This document shows, in pieces, positions 1 through 14,155 of a stretch of DNA of 64,000 nt. The stretch lies in NCBI RefSeq assembly GCF_009834535.1, contig NC_045697.1, positions 22,880,001 to 22,944,000 on the forward strand, written 5' to 3'. Position numbers and translations under genes: made by a program. The notes beneath the pieces were generated by a model. That model ran no database searches. It was not told the origin of the DNA and was given only the letters and a program-made list of their open reading frames with translations. This DNA comes from Camelus ferus. Taxonomy: Eukaryota. Position 1 is the first letter of the stretch; the number at the start of each line of letters is the position of its first letter.

Positions 1-1694
1 CTACAGATTGTGATGCCTCCCAGATCGGGGGCAGTTGACATCATATGCCCACATTTCAGGACTCAAGATGGACCAGAGAATTATCCAGGCAGCCGTACTA
101 CTGATGTAGAGAATTTTTTTAAGTCCCACCCCTCCCTTACTTCTATAGCATATTCTAAATTAGCTTTGAGATATTAGACTTCTGTCATTAACTGTAATTG
201 CTGCTGTTGTAATTCTCTCCTGACCACACAGCAGATGGTCCCATGTGCTGCCTCAGCCCTGTTTGTCCTCTTGAGGCCTGAATTTCTCTATATTTCAAGT
301 GTCAGCTTGGCTTCTGAGTCATCTCTTACAGCTTGCTGCTGGAATGTAACCAGTAACTTTGGGATTTATTGTCCACCTAGTGATTTTCCCATAGAAAGTC
401 ATGACTCAAGTTGGAAAATTCAAAGTAAGTGATTTCCAGAGAAGATGTTCATAAATTTTCTGTTTTAAATACGTAGCAATTACAGACAAAGCATGAAACA
501 GCACACCAAACAGCTCAAGTGATACTAAGAACAAAGATAAACATTGATGAGCTGAAGGTGGGAAAACACTGTAGAAAGGGTAACAGGGCTGCCAAGTTCC
601 ATCAAGGAGCAGGCAGTGATAGCTCAGAATTTGGCATTTGCAGGATAAAAGAACTCAAACTCCTTCAAAGGTGGAAGTGAGCCAGAAAGCTATTTACAGA
701 GCCTGAGTATGTGTTCCCATCGTGAAAAAGAAGTCTGATGAAAAACAAAAACAGATCAACTGTTTCCAATTCCCTAATACTACAGATTTTAGCAAGCTGT
801 TGGCCCCGTGAAGCAGGAGGACTCACGCATGGCTATGCTCAGGAAGTAAAGCAAGCTGCCTACTGGCTTTTTGATTAGGTCTATATTATCCCCAATGCCA
901 CTGTAGGCAGGAGCTGGGAAGTGGCATCTGGGATGCCAAGGAAGAGCACAGGAGGGATGGGGGCGACCACAAAATTGTTGCCATGAAAGGGGGATTACAG
1001 TAGGAGAAAAGGAGAGAAACACCAGGAAGAAATAATTGCTCAGAAACAAAACTGAAAGTATTGCTAAACATCTACCAGCACCTTTGGAAATTAAAGGTAA
1101 ACCTTTTTAGACATAATCATCTCTGACTGTTTGCATACTACTTACGTATTACACTCTGAAAGACATCAAAGGATGGCATTACTTGGAAATAAGTAGAAAT
1201 ACAAAAGAGTCTAAGAGATTTCTTTGATTAAAGATCAATGTGGGGGATATGTGGAAGATAGATAAATACATAAAAGATGAAGTGAACTTCTTGTAAACAA
1301 TTAGTCAAATACTATTGATTTACCATATTCAAATGCAAAAAAAGATATTATATGAGGAATGGAATGCATGAGCCCGTGATGGGGATTAACTTCATATTCA
1401 AAGTTATTTGGTGAGAATATAATAAACCTAAGCTGAAAAGAGTTCTTTAGAGTCTAGAAAAATCATCTGGTTGCCTTGGAGATGGAAGGACATTTGAGAA
1501 GATGACTCTGTGGGAGATGGCTTGTCACACACCCCTCAGGTTTACAAATGCAAAGTTAAACATCCCCTTAATTCTCACCAACACAGAGCAGGAGAATTTT
1601 TCATCAATGTGTAACTTTCGTAAATGGTTCTGACCATAATATTGTGATTCTTTTGAGGCTCTTTTTTTAGCACAAGCGACATTCACCAAGGTGT

Positions 1695-1750
1695 CCCTGG
1701 TGCAGTCTGTGGCACATAGGGTGTCAGTTAATTTTGGTTGAATGAATACC
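1695..1750 (+). mobile_element. L2 LINE 3' tail fragment
   Basis: ggcacatagggtgtcagttaattttggttgaatgaat resembles the L2 3' terminus (GCACATAGTAGG...TGTTGAATGAAT). Confidence 0.5.
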
Positions 1751-4068
1751 TTTCCAGAAGAAATTACTTCCAAAAAAGGTGAATAAAGACTTTTGCCTAA
1801 AGAGTTGTTTGTTTTGTGACTGAGTGTACTAAACAAAAAGAGCAGAGGAGCTTAAATCTCTGAAGCAGTTCTTGAGGAAAAGACAAGTGAGGTGAATCGC
1901 GTCCTTTGCTTTAACCCTTACCTGATTGCATCATAATCCACACACTTACTGACTGATCCTGTCCTGTTCTTTCAACAAATGCTTCCTGACCCCTTACTGT
2001 GTGCTGGGAATTGGGCCTGTCAGTCAGTAAATATTTCTCATATCTGAATTTGTAAACAAAATAGTGACCAGCCAGGTTTTGGGACATGTGGGCTCTGATC
2101 CCAACAGTGTGAAGTGTTGTGGATAAGTCATGGAATATCACCTTTAATCTGTGCCTTGCCTGTCACACGCCAAAAAATCATTCTAATGAGGGAATATATT
2201 AAAAGATAACATTTTTTTACCAAATATCAGGATAATCTAGAATAAACTATGAGGAAATTCTCACCTCCATACACACCCATACACACATTTACAGTTCTAA
2301 AAGTGAACTAATAACGATTAATATTAAAATAATACTAATAAATTATAAAAGCTGAAATAATTATTTTCAGTCTAGCTATTATTTTACAATGGAGTAAAAC
2401 ATACATCCTCACGTGTAAATCTATTTGAAAGGATACTGTCTTAGAACAAATTTCCAGAGGCAAAGCCTGTGATATTTTTTGGTGCGGGGAGTGTGGCGAG
2501 GAAGGGGTGGGAGTTTTCACAGATGGAGAGAAGTTTAAGTCTGATCCCAGGGGGAGCCACAGAGCACAAATTGTACAACAGAGCTGGTCTCACCTGAAGG
2601 CAAGGGAACCAGCCCCTTCATTTCCCTGGCCATGTTCTTCTGAGGGAAATGTCAAGTGCAGTGTTTGTGGCAGGGGTGAGGGTGGGTGGGGTGGGAGGTG
2701 GTGTCTTTCTCTTTGAGGCATCGTCCAAAGGGACCCGTAGTATCCACCACCACCACAAATACATAGTGAGAATTCTTTGGAGGGGCTCTAGGGAGCAAAT
2801 CAGATCACTGCATTCTCTTTCAGTTGTAAACTACTCCGAAGAGGTGGATCCCTGCAATATCATTAGTGTTGCTATTATATCATGCTCTAAAGAATTGAAA
2901 TGTGTAGAAATTAGCTCCCTTTGCATTTCAAGAAATAGTCCATTCACAGTAAAAACTCTGACAAAGGTATTCAAGGGACATACTGTTGAATCTCATGAAA
3001 TTCAAAAGAAATAATCAATCAGAATCTTTTAGATTATTTTGGTGATAGATACAGTTTATGTAAATATAATATGTTATTATCAACTACAATTAATAGAAAA
3101 TGAATAGTAAACAAGGAAGATATATTAGAAAAATTTCTAAACTGAATCCAGAGAAAAACATGGAAATATCTAGTTGTAGATGTTTCATTACCTTAGAGGT
3201 GGAACTGAGCTAATTTAGTGAAACCTGCAAACCTTGCTCATTCCCAAGTGATGAAAACATTGGACTCAGTCCTGCAAAAAACTATAGTTTCGAACTTAAA
3301 AATGATTTTTAAATTATCTGAGAAATATTCCAGAATTTTATATTATATGATAGATCGCATTAACCCATGAGGTCTAGTCTTTGCATATAAAATACACAGT
3401 CTGGAAAATAGAAATGATTTCAAAATAATCTAAGGTTTTTGTTTGTGGATTTTCTTCTCCACAAGGAGACTCTGTAGACACCTTATTCTTTCCTGTCTCC
3501 TTACAGAGCAGATAATGTGAACCTCTCTCATTTCAAATCCTCCAATCCCCTAGCCTGTCTTAACTTTAACCAGACCTTCTCTTATTATTTCTTCTTCTTC
3601 ATTCTGTCCTCTTTGTTTTAAGTTATGAACTACAAAGTAACTAGTCTAACAACTTAACAAATTCCACAGAAAAAAAGGGCACTAGTAGGCAGTAGATATG
3701 GGGAGTATTGAGTATTCCAAAATAGAATCTCCATTTAAAGATGCTGAGAGCACTCATAGCTTAATAATGTATGTTCTGGACAAATTTGATATTTTAAAAT
3801 TAAGAATAAGTAAAATAGAATAGTTCGACTAAGACTAATTATGGAAATAACTTCAACAATAGTTAGAAGATGTTATTGAAAATAACTAATAATTTCTGTC
3901 CATATAAAATTAAATTACACTCATTTTTATCCTCTTTTTTCTTTTATTTTGGGAGTGGGAGGAGTGTAGGGAGATCCCACACATGTATCTTTAGAAACAT
4001 ATAAATAGCCTGATGTGTAAGTGAGAAGCTAAAAATTCAGTTTTGCATTGTAAATTATAATATATGAT

Positions 4069-4107
4069 TGTGTGTATGTGTGTGTATATATATATGTGTG
4101 TGTGTGT
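4069..4107. repeat. (TG)n/(TA)n compound microsatellite
   Basis: Read directly. Confidence 0.9.
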
Positions 4108-6430
4108 CATATTTTTGTCATTAGTTTTTAAGACGGGGGCATTGGGAACAGAGGAATCAATTTTCTTTATTCTGTGTAAATTTATATTTCAATCTATCTA
4201 AAATCATTAGCTGTTTTTATTTTACAGTTTGTGTTCTTGATTGAGCAGGTGAGTACAGAATATTAGCTGAGAGAGATTACAGGAAAAATATGAAGTAAAT
4301 TATTTGTTTTTAATTTCAAACAGAAGTCAGGGCAATGTTAAGAAACTGGACTACACTGCTAAAGTCTTAACATACGGCTTTATTTACGATCGGATAATCC
4401 CAAATTTACTGATGTTGGTTTCCTGCATTATAATATAATTTGTCTGTTTTACCCAAAGAGGGTAAAACATCATTGAGGTTGGTGGTTAAAGGGAGTGGAC
4501 TTTTATGAGGACCCTGTTCTGAGATAGGATATTAGCTTAGTGAAGGCTACTGAAGCATACAGGAAGTGTTTAACAACTGCCATCCTAGGATGCCTGGTCA
4601 TTTGGCTGAAATGGAAATCTAGACATTTTTCACCTTCCTTGTAGTAGACGTGAGCTTGATCCTGCCATGAAGCGATTCATCAGGAATTAGATACAACACA
4701 CTGAACCTTTAGGTTTGGAAAAGAGGAAATTCTAGAAGTTCAGTTACAATGTCCTTCTGTTGTGCATGAATATTCAATCAAGTCTGTTGAAAGTTGCAAC
4801 CTACTCTCAAGTCTGCTCTAGAGACATATGGTAAGAAACTCCTCCACACTATTGATGGCACAGAAAAGAATGTGGGGAGAAGTGGGGCCAACAAGGAAGC
4901 AGCAGCATCCGCCTAAGGAACCCCTCAATCGTATACAAGCGGGGATCGCAGGAGTAGGACCCAGATATCACAGAGACTATGACTTGACAGAGACCAAGCA
5001 AGGGAAAAAGAAAAAAAAAGGTACAGAAATGTTACTAATATACGCAGAAAGAAATCACATGGGACCCAGAACATTCTAAGAGATTCACGCTAGGGAAGCT
5101 GTGAGTTTGTAAATTACAGCTCAAAAGTATCTCAGATAATGTCTGTTTTTCTATCACTTTAACTAAGTAACACAGTGATGCCTGATGTGTAAGAGAGACT
5201 AAATCCATATTTGTGAACAATTTTCAAGGGAATAAAAAATAATTGGGCTGCGAATAGAAACTTTAGCCACATGCTGGTGAGAGATAATAGACCTGACTGC
5301 TATGTAAGAAAACTGCAGTTTTCATAAGGTTCTTGTTTTCCTCTACAGCCAAACACAATTCTATATGAAAAATATTGAATTCTGCCAAAATTGCTCCAGC
5401 TAAATAAATAGAGAATGTAGTCTGTTAGAGATATTGACATACAAATAGAGTCATTTATATTTTATTGGAAATATAATCTTTCAGAGTGGTAAGGTCTATC
5501 ATTATACCCTTTGTGAAGTGATCCTTACTACTCTGAATTTAAATATTATGATCTGTCTCAGAGGAGTTACACTAATGTTTCAGTCTAAACTTTAGTCCAA
5601 ACCCTATCATAAGGGTGTACCATTGTAGATTAAATGTTTGTATTTCTCTTTTGTAGCAATGAAAGTGCCAAAATCCACGTCTAATCACAGAAGGGGTCCA
5701 ACACGGATAAGTAAGGATAGGGTTCCCCAAGGTGAGGTTGGCAGTTTTGCAGGGCACCGAAGTGACCTTGGAAAAGTAACATAGCAAAAGCTTTTGGTTC
5801 TACAGCTTTAAAATATAAATTGATCCCTTGTTCAGGATTTGATCTCCTGAAAAGCTTGTGTTCTTGGGGGCTCTGAGATGCTGCTTTTGATAATTACTAG
5901 AACCAATCCCTAGTCAATGCTCTTTAATTTGATTCTAGAAGGAGTTTTAAATGCACGTTATCTGACAGCTGAGCATATTGAACTATTGTCTTGAAAACTC
6001 ATTGGAGGGACAATCTTGTTCAAGTTTACCATTAAAGAAGCCGGATATTCTATTTGAAGAAATACAGTAGTTTGGACAAAGGCTTACCAGTGATGAGCAT
6101 TACCTGGAGAACTGTTTGAGTCCTGGCTTTGGACTGAGACTACCTGTCAATAGTCAGTTGCATGCAGAACGTTATACTGTACACTGAATCAAACTTCTTC
6201 CTATGGTGTGGAACAGAAAGAATAATCCCTTTTAGACTACAAAAGTCTATGGAACTTATAAACATTAGAGATTAGTAGAATTTAAGAGAGATACACTTGT
6301 TTCTAATAAGGAGTATGGGTTTTTGAGTAACTAATTTGAATATATTCTCTTTGTCCAAAGATGTCCTTATATATATTGATGAGTTGGAGCATGATTGTTA
6401 AGAATAAAAGTCTCTTCAATTTAAATGTGA

Positions 6431-6510
6431 AAATTTATTATTAAATAAATAATAAATAATAAGATTTTTATTAAATAATAAATAATAAAATTATTAATAA
6501 ATAATAAAAT
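6431..6510. repeat. AT-rich low-complexity tract (AATAAAT-like units)
   Basis: Almost pure A/T with repeated aaataat units. Confidence 0.85.
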
Positions 6511-7521
6511 CAATCATGCATAAATTTATAATAAATTTGAAAAGACTATATATCAGGCAATTCACTCAAAACTTTTTGGAATGAAACATATATTTGGTAA
6601 TTAGGTAAGTAGATGGGCTAAACAGTAAAATACAACATGCTATCTTCTGTGAAAGTGGGAGAAAAAACTCATAAAATTTAATAAAAAATTACATGCATTT
6701 TTCATTGCCAGTGTGATTTAGCAATTATGTAATATGTTCCATACAAATAATTAATGTAATAATCAGCTAAACTCTATTACTGCTTCTGTAATTATTCCAT
6801 ATTAAAAAACAATAAAGTTAATAAGATAGGGAGATTTCTCATACAAGTATTAAATTCATTTAAAGGGATGTTAACCATTTCAGGTGGTTGTAGCACTGTA
6901 ACCCCTCAGTGCAGCCTATCTCAATAATTATCATGAAGATTTGAAACATGGTTCTCAAATTCTCATCCTCAGAGATTAGCAACCTAATACATGTTTATCA
7001 TGATAGCACCTGGAACTGTTTCCCAGTCAAGAAGGTCAGTCATTTCTGTGATTCATCCAACAACCTCTTCCCATTATGTCCAACATCCACTAGACGACTT
7101 CTCTCCCTCTGGATCTTCCTTTACGTGAAAGAATCTGAGATCATGGGACTTTAGGACGCATTCAACCCTCCACCCCATTTTGTACCATATTAGGAGTAAA
7201 CCATTTTAGAAGAATGTAACTACTTATAGGTATGATTGGCATAACAGAAAATAATTCTTTTCATAAAGCTTTCAAAGAAAGATTTGCCTTCATTTAAGTT
7301 CCTAATTGGTCCTCTCGATAGCTTTCTTTGGACTCCAAAGTCTGTAATGTATGTACAGAGCAGCTGGTGCTGTGGTCTGTGCAAGGGGGATTCTTGCCAT
7401 ATTGGAGAAGCCTATTTTCTTTTTGTACCATAATCATGTTTGTACTTGATCTTCTCATCAAAATTCAGAAAAACATAAACAGTCTTTGCCCTTCATGGAA
7501 AATATTTGTTGACAAGCAGAA

Positions 7522-7543
7522 TGCTGCTGCTGCTGCTGCTGCT
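7522..7543. repeat. (TGC)7 trinucleotide repeat
   Basis: Read directly; produces the poly-Ala run in ORF 7328..7645. Confidence 0.95.
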
Positions 7544-8566
7544 TCTTTTTTTAATCCCCTCTTTTTTTTGCTGATTCTTAACATCTCAAAATTAAGTGTT
7601 TGTTTGTTTGTTACCTTTGACTTAATATTTATTATTTTCTCCTAAAACATAAATGTTCTAGGGACAGGTCATCTATGTCAGTCATTGATGCTTTAGTATG
7701 AATAAATTTTAAACCCTTTTTTCTTCTGACCCAGTTAGTTTCATTTTATTCTATGACTAAATTTCCAGTCATCCCAAGGATATGCACTTTATCCCTAAAG
7801 GGAATGAGGAAAGAAATTTGTTCACTGTCAAACTGCTTGAACTTCTATTTCCATCCTTTCCCTACTCCACAATATGGCTTTCACCCCACTATTCATTGCA
7901 AATATATCCTTTTTAAATTTTATTTATTTGGGGGGAGGTTTAGGTATATTTCTTTCATTGGAACAAAATCAAGACCATTAAGGCCACAATGTAATCTGTG
8001 ACCATGCCTTCACTGTGTCTTTCTGTAGCTTAGCAGCCTTTTAGTAGACTGGCTTCCTTCTGTTCCGTCCCCTGGCTGATTTAATAGCCTCATATCTCCT
8101 TGGGTCTACTACTGAGTTTAGTTTAGGCTCCACATTTTTTCAATGACTGCAAGATATCGAAAATACAAGAATGCTTGTACATAATATATTTAATTATGTC
8201 TGATAATCATTCTGCCTCGCCAGAAATTTGTCCCAAGGAAGTTACATTTAATCTAATGCATTTAAATTGAAACAGATACTACCATAAAATTATAAATGAA
8301 GGGCTTAAGGGGGTACTACATGGACACTTTCTTATCCTATATCAATATATAAAATTATATATGACAATACACCACAATGTATTAAATTCCAATAGAAAAT
8401 TATGTAAATTATAAATATCCTATAATATATTAAAGAAAAGTATGAGAAAGAAATATGAAGTGTGTATGTAATAAGTTTGATGAAGAGTGGAGCAATGGAC
8501 TTCACACACAGTGGATAATGGTTGCTTTTGTTGGTTACAAGGAAAGAAGATAACAAAATTAAAGAG

Positions 8567-8598
8567 AAACAAAACAAAACAAAACAAAACAAAAAAAC
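8567..8598. repeat. (AAAAC)n repeat
   Basis: Read directly. Confidence 0.9.
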
Positions 8599-10479
8599 AA
8601 GAACAGAGTACAGTTTGATTATGCTTTTACCATTATTGGCCAAGATCTCATATACGTGGAAAACTCCACACAAAAGTATTTATTATAGGTCTATTTTTAG
8701 AATCAGTTTTGGAATACACTCCTTTCTACTCTTAGTCACTTTGTCTTAATTGGATAACTTAAAGATTGTAACATCATTTCCACATTTTTTTGTGTGTTTG
8801 AATCAGTTGAAAAAGTATAGTCTGGCTAATTACTGGTTTTCAAAACTTTCTACTTCCGGCAGAAATGAATTTATCTGACATTACATTACTAAAGGAGTTC
8901 TTGGAAACCAGAGTCTTTACAAGAAATCGAGAATTAATATTAATACAAATTTCCTTAAGAAACGGGATTGCACAGTTATTCTTTCACTCTGAGCCAAACA
9001 GTCATGTTTTATCTGGAGGTGAGCAGGATATTCCCTGAGTAACATAGAAGATGAACTAAATTACAAATTGTAATACATTATCATTTGTAAAAGTGCAAAA
9101 CAGTAGTCACAGTCAATTGTAATTAATGACTGTTAAAATATACTCTTTAAAAACTGCAGAAATTTAAGCAATCTAGACGGTCACAGCCTGAAACTCCATA
9201 ACACTTGGTAACAAATTATATAATCAATAAATACATAATTGTGTAATAAAATTAAGTTAATAAATGTAAGTTTGAGACATTAGTGAAATACTATGTCCCT
9301 AATCATCAAAAATTCCCAAAATGTGAATAATATTTTTAAAAATATTCACATCCATAACCCTAACACATAAAAAATGATAATCCAAAGTGTGAGCTCTCAG
9401 AAATTGAAAACAGTAAAATTATCAAGGATGCTTTATGATGATTTTTTCCCTATAAATCTATAAAAATCAGATTTTTTTATGAAATAGCAAATTAGAGGGA
9501 ATTTGTAAAAAACATTCCTAAGCTGCTTTCCCATTAGTTTGTATAATTCAGGGTTGAAATAGAACCAAGAAATTTCGAGACTGGAATTATGCCAGGATTT
9601 TAAAGATTACCAGGGTCCTAATAACAGTATATCTTTTAGGATTTGTATAAATCAATGTTATCAGAAAATAATTATAGAGATTTTAGTTTGACAATTTTTC
9701 AGATGTTGTTTCCTAATACTATTCATTGTTGACCACCTTTGTGCAGATCAGGATTTTAACATTCAATCTGAAAAGAAACTACAACATTTAAAGAAAAGAA
9801 TTAATAATTAGATAAAAAGTAATTTTACTTGAATGAAAACAATTGGTTGTCCATTAATTAGTTGAGATATTTAGATGGAGACAGAGTGTGTATAATATTA
9901 AAAATTGGTATCAAGTAACCAATAGTTGTGCATTAAACATGATATTCAACCATTTAATGCATAATTTTGTTAAAGTCATGACTTGCAGTGAATAAGTGGG
10001 TGAACTCATATTGAGAATTGATTCCATCCACAACAGCACATTAGGATCCATGATGTAAAATAATAATAGTAGCAATAATAATAACAGTGATAAAAGGGAT
10101 AAAAGAAGAGAAGGAAGACATGAAACGTGAAGGTGGAAGAAGAAGAGAAATATAGAATATTACCACACTGGAGAATGAGATATTTGTTACATTGATTTTA
10201 GAAATTTATTATTTTAATTCTAAGAGATAATTTCTTAAAGCAGCTCTATTTCAGAATTTTACTGCAAACTTCAGTACAGATAAACACATTAGGTAATTCT
10301 TATTAAAATACTACTAGAACTTCATTTTTCCAAATTCACTTCATTATCACAGCATGAATTGAATCTATTACTTAATGAAAATCCACACTCTGATCCTCAA
10401 AAGATATCATACAGTTTATACGTGATAGTGGTAAAATTGCATAATTATTAAGGAAAGCTAATGCTGTGCATGGAACTGA

Positions 10480-10761
10480 TCTGAACTGCTTCCCAGCTCT
10501 GACAGTTGACAGTGATGCTTGGCATGTAGACACACCAGTCAGTGTTTACCTCTGTTGTCTCATCAAGTCTTGTGTGTGCTCTTCTTTGCCTGTGTCCAAG
10601 TTTTCCCCTTATAAGAATACCAGCATTGGATTGGCACCCACTGTAAAGCAGTATAACCCCATCCTAACCTGATCACATTTGCAAAGACTTTACTTTAAAA
10701 TAATGTGTGATTCATAGGTACTTCAATATATCTGGTTAGGGACACAATTCTGCCCCTTACA
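10480..10761 (-). mobile_element. MaLR LTR, MLT1B/C-like, 5' part
   Basis: Reverse complement starts tgtaaggggcagaattgtgtccc and contains gtctttgcaaatgtgatcaggttaggatggggttatac and cttataaggggaaaacttggacacag, as in MLT1. Confidence 0.8.
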
Positions 10762-10994
10762 CTGTCTTTTAATTCTAATAACTATATAAATACTATATGT
10801 TACTGGCCAACTAGTAGAGTAATATGGTATAAAATTTGTACAATATGTTTTCTTTTGAAGTTAAAAGAAAATCCCTGATATTTATGTCTTTGTTTAGATA
10901 GTTTTGCATCTATCATTAATCCATCCCCAAATTCCTTGTCAAACATCAGAAAGTCCCAGTACACTCAAACACATGGCAAAATCCATCATGGTTC

Positions 10995-11425
10995 TGTCAA
11001 TAAGGCTGAAGGCTATGAAATTTTACTCTACGTGTAAGCTAACAGGTGAGGCAGCCAAGTTGTGTGGTGGTTGATGTAAGACACAGACTATTGGGGTCAG
11101 AGATGAAGGACAGTTTATTACTCCTAGCAATAGAAGTAGCCAGAGGGTAAGTATTTCACACTTTGTCACTGATCTCCAGTTCCCACAAGGTGATGCCAAG
11201 AGGCTAGATGACACTTGCACGCACAATGGGATGTGTTACAGGATGGGTATCTAGGGCTTAGAGAACGGCAGTAAGCATGCCTGTCCTTTACTCTGAAAGG
11301 AATCACTGTCCCTGTGGTTCAAGGCTGTACATAATGGAAACATCCTTGAAGAGACAATCCAGAACAAAGCATCTGTGCCTTTCTAGCAAGAAAGACAAAA
11401 GACCTATAGAAAACTATATCCCAAC
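10995..11425 (-). mobile_element. ERVL solo LTR, LTR40-like
   Basis: Reverse complement runs TGTTGGGAT...TTGACA, with ctttgttctggattgtctcttcaaggatgttt, ggcatgcttactgcc and AATAAA followed by tctctgacccc. Confidence 0.75.
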
Positions 11426-13074
11426 ATTTCTGTCAGTGTTTACTTTTGCTTACTTATTTGTTTTTTGGTTTTGTTTTCATTAAAGACATTTCTCCTAGAC
11501 TTTTTTCTTTAGGACAACAGGAAAATTTTCCTTCTGAAAAAGTATTTTTACCATCTCCCTGGATATTAGCTTTGCCTTCTTTCACATTTAATCTCCAGTT
11601 TCTCACCTTCCCATTGTTGGCATTCCTCACATCTCTGGCAATATAAGACTGCCTAATAAAAAAAATAATAATAGTTATAAAAACACTGTCTAATCATACC
11701 TACAAGTAAGGTAATAAAAGCAGGTCAAGCCTTCAAGGCAGGGTCAGGGTTTGTGGACTGGGTTGCTAGTCTCTCATGTTAGCTGGCAGAACTGATTCAT
11801 CGGGGGATGCTTAAAAATTAGCTTCACTCTAGTCCCCTTACCACTCCAGTCCCAATATTCCCAATCTTTAGCAAGTAGAAATATCTTTTTAATATTTTTT
11901 CTCTTAACTCTAGGATTGTAACTTAAACCAAGTTGGTAAATGATGTGGAGTTTTAACAAACTCATATATCGTATATACATATGTATATGTGTATGGATCC
12001 TCCAAGGTATGTGAACAACTCAGTTCTTTCCTTTTGCCTTGTCTTTGTGGCTCCTTGAGGAATAACTTCTGAGTAATCTTGAAATGATAAGAAATAAAAC
12101 TTGTTGCAGGGAATGTGTTGAACAACCTCCACGTTGGCATACTCAAAAAGTTTGTTGCATGCATAATTAAATTAATGGAATTAATCTATAGTGAAATACT
12201 TTATTTATATTACAGCATATTACCAGTCTAACTTCCTTCCTGTGTGAGAACATATTTACTTTGGGGTTTTTCTCTTTTGGTGGGTAAAGCACTGAAATAT
12301 ATTAAGTATATGTTTCAGGCTTTCTTAATATTTTGCTATTCTGTGAATAAAACTCATAGGATTTCAGAGTATAAACAGAGATGTTTCCTCAAAACTTAAA
12401 AGACTCTCTCTGATCCTTATTACATTTTGTAGAAGTTAAAGTGAAATAGCATATTGAGATATGCTTTATTCCTATATCTCAAAGAATATTCTTGAAACTC
12501 TATTATGTCAGTTATAAAGATGGAAGCCAAAATGATATGTCAAAGATATAAAAACATATTAGTGAATCATCTTACAAAACTAACCAATATATCACAAGAT
12601 AAAAAGCTTTTCTTAATTATTTCATAAACACTTTCTTGATATTGATAATAGTGAATTTGAAATCCACTAAGATTAATGCCAGGAGAGTTTAATTTATATT
12701 AATCTATGTTATTCAACAATTCATTTTGAAGAGATTAAGGATTATTAGGCAATGCAACAATTTATACTTTATGTCTTTAAAGCTGTGGAATTCACTCAAC
12801 ATGTATGTATCAAATGATTACTATGAATCAAACACTTCTGAGTCTAGGAATATTTTATTCAGTTTTTATCAACTGCTGTAATAAACTATATAAAGTGTAA
12901 CTTTGAGTTTCATTGTGTTAAAATGAAAAAGCATTTCTCTATCAAGTGTTTGGGATGAAGTCTTAGTGCTGGCATGTGTGCAGGAAAAAAATCTTCATAC
13001 CATGTTTGAAGTATAACTTGGTTCAAAATTTGTGAGTGAAATAGGACAAGGTTTATTTGAATATATAGAAATTG

Positions 13075-13480
13075 TTTGTATTCTTTGACACAGTACTTCC
13101 TTTATTAGAAATTCATCTTAAGCATATAATCATAAATGTGTCTACATTTACATATAAAAGGTATGCTGAATCATTATTTATAACACTGAAAAAAATAGGT
13201 AGTCCAAAGGAATGATTTACAACTGGGCAAATAAATATTTTTAATAGCAAGATACTCTGTAGCTATTAAAAATCTATTTTTGAAACAAATGAATACGAGA
13301 ATATTTAAAGTATATGAAGAAGAAAAGTATTCAGATTGTTAGGAAAATGTGTATCTTCACACAAAAATATTAAAAAGTAGAAGATAAACACCAACTTATG
13401 TAAGTGTTTCTGAGTACTATTTAAAAGTTTTCTTGAAATTGAGTATTTTTGTACAAGTCAAATGCTTCATGGTGAGTTTT
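13075..13480 (+). mobile_element. Old L1 (L1ME-like) 3' region
   Basis: ctttgacacagtacttcctttattagaaattcatcttaag ... gatactctgtagctattaaaaat resemble a degraded L1 ORF2 end/3' UTR. Confidence 0.55.
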
Positions 13481-13577
13481 GGATGTTTTGTGATTTAATG
13501 TTATGTGAAATAGTACATAGGCAATTTAAATTGTGTTGTTCAAGTTTAAAACCACTTTGATTATTGCAGTTTATGAT

Positions 13578-13800
13578 ATGATAGTAGCTAACATTTATTG
13601 TGAATTTACTGTGGACAAATAATTTCATTAATAAATGTTTTAGATTAGACCATTAATCTTTACAATAATCCCATGAGTCAATTATGCTCTTATACTTTTT
13701 TTTTAATAAATGAGAGATTTGAGGCTTAGAGATGCTAATTGCTTAAGTACATCTGATTTTAAAGATCATTAGTTTGATTTGCCTCAAACAAATGTATTTT
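13578..13800 (-). mobile_element. MIR SINE
   Basis: tagctaacatttattg...taatctttacaataatcccatgag...gatttgaggcttagaga follows the antisense MIR pattern. Confidence 0.7.
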
Positions 13801-13834
13801 CACAGCTGTGGATATACTTTAACAAGTTTCAAGT

Positions 13835-14155
13835 TTATAAGTAAGAATAAGGTTTAACTTCTGTAATAAATGAACAGAAAAAAAATTGACAGCTTACACA
13901 AAATAGCAGTTTACATTTTCTCATGTAGAAGTACAGATAGGTGGTTTACATCCACACTCTGATACAACACAAATCTGACACACTATAACTATTTACATGC
14001 TATTGGTCAGATATTAGTCAAATGGTAAAACTTAGCTTCAAGAGAGTCTGTAAATTATTTTTTATAAGGCCTGGGCATCTTGATAGCAAAAATCCAATGC
14101 TGAACTAAATTCATGGAAGTGAAAGTAAATATTGGAAAACAATAATCTCTGCCAC
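13835..14155 (-). mobile_element. Old MaLR LTR, MLT1J/K-like
   Basis: Ends in ctctgccaca (reverse complement TGTGGCAGAG) and contains ctattggtcagatattagtcaaatgg...agcttcaagagagtctg. Confidence 0.55.

Noticed and set aside
5657..5731. Plus-strand exon candidate (ctcttttgtag ... AAG|GTGAGG)
   Set aside because: Plausible splice-like sites, but competing donors, an unrecognised peptide and no other support; such sites are common by chance
7328..7645. ORF with poly-Ala and hydrophobic tail, resembling a membrane protein
   Set aside because: Poly-Ala comes from a (TGC)7 microsatellite and the hydrophobicity from T-rich sequence; TTG start
14115..14127. GGAAGTGAAAGT ETS-IRF-like motif (similar IRF-like motifs near 1048, 18165 and 62644)
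   Set aside because: Short A-rich motifs are expected by chance in 64 kb of AT-rich DNA; isolated and unsupported
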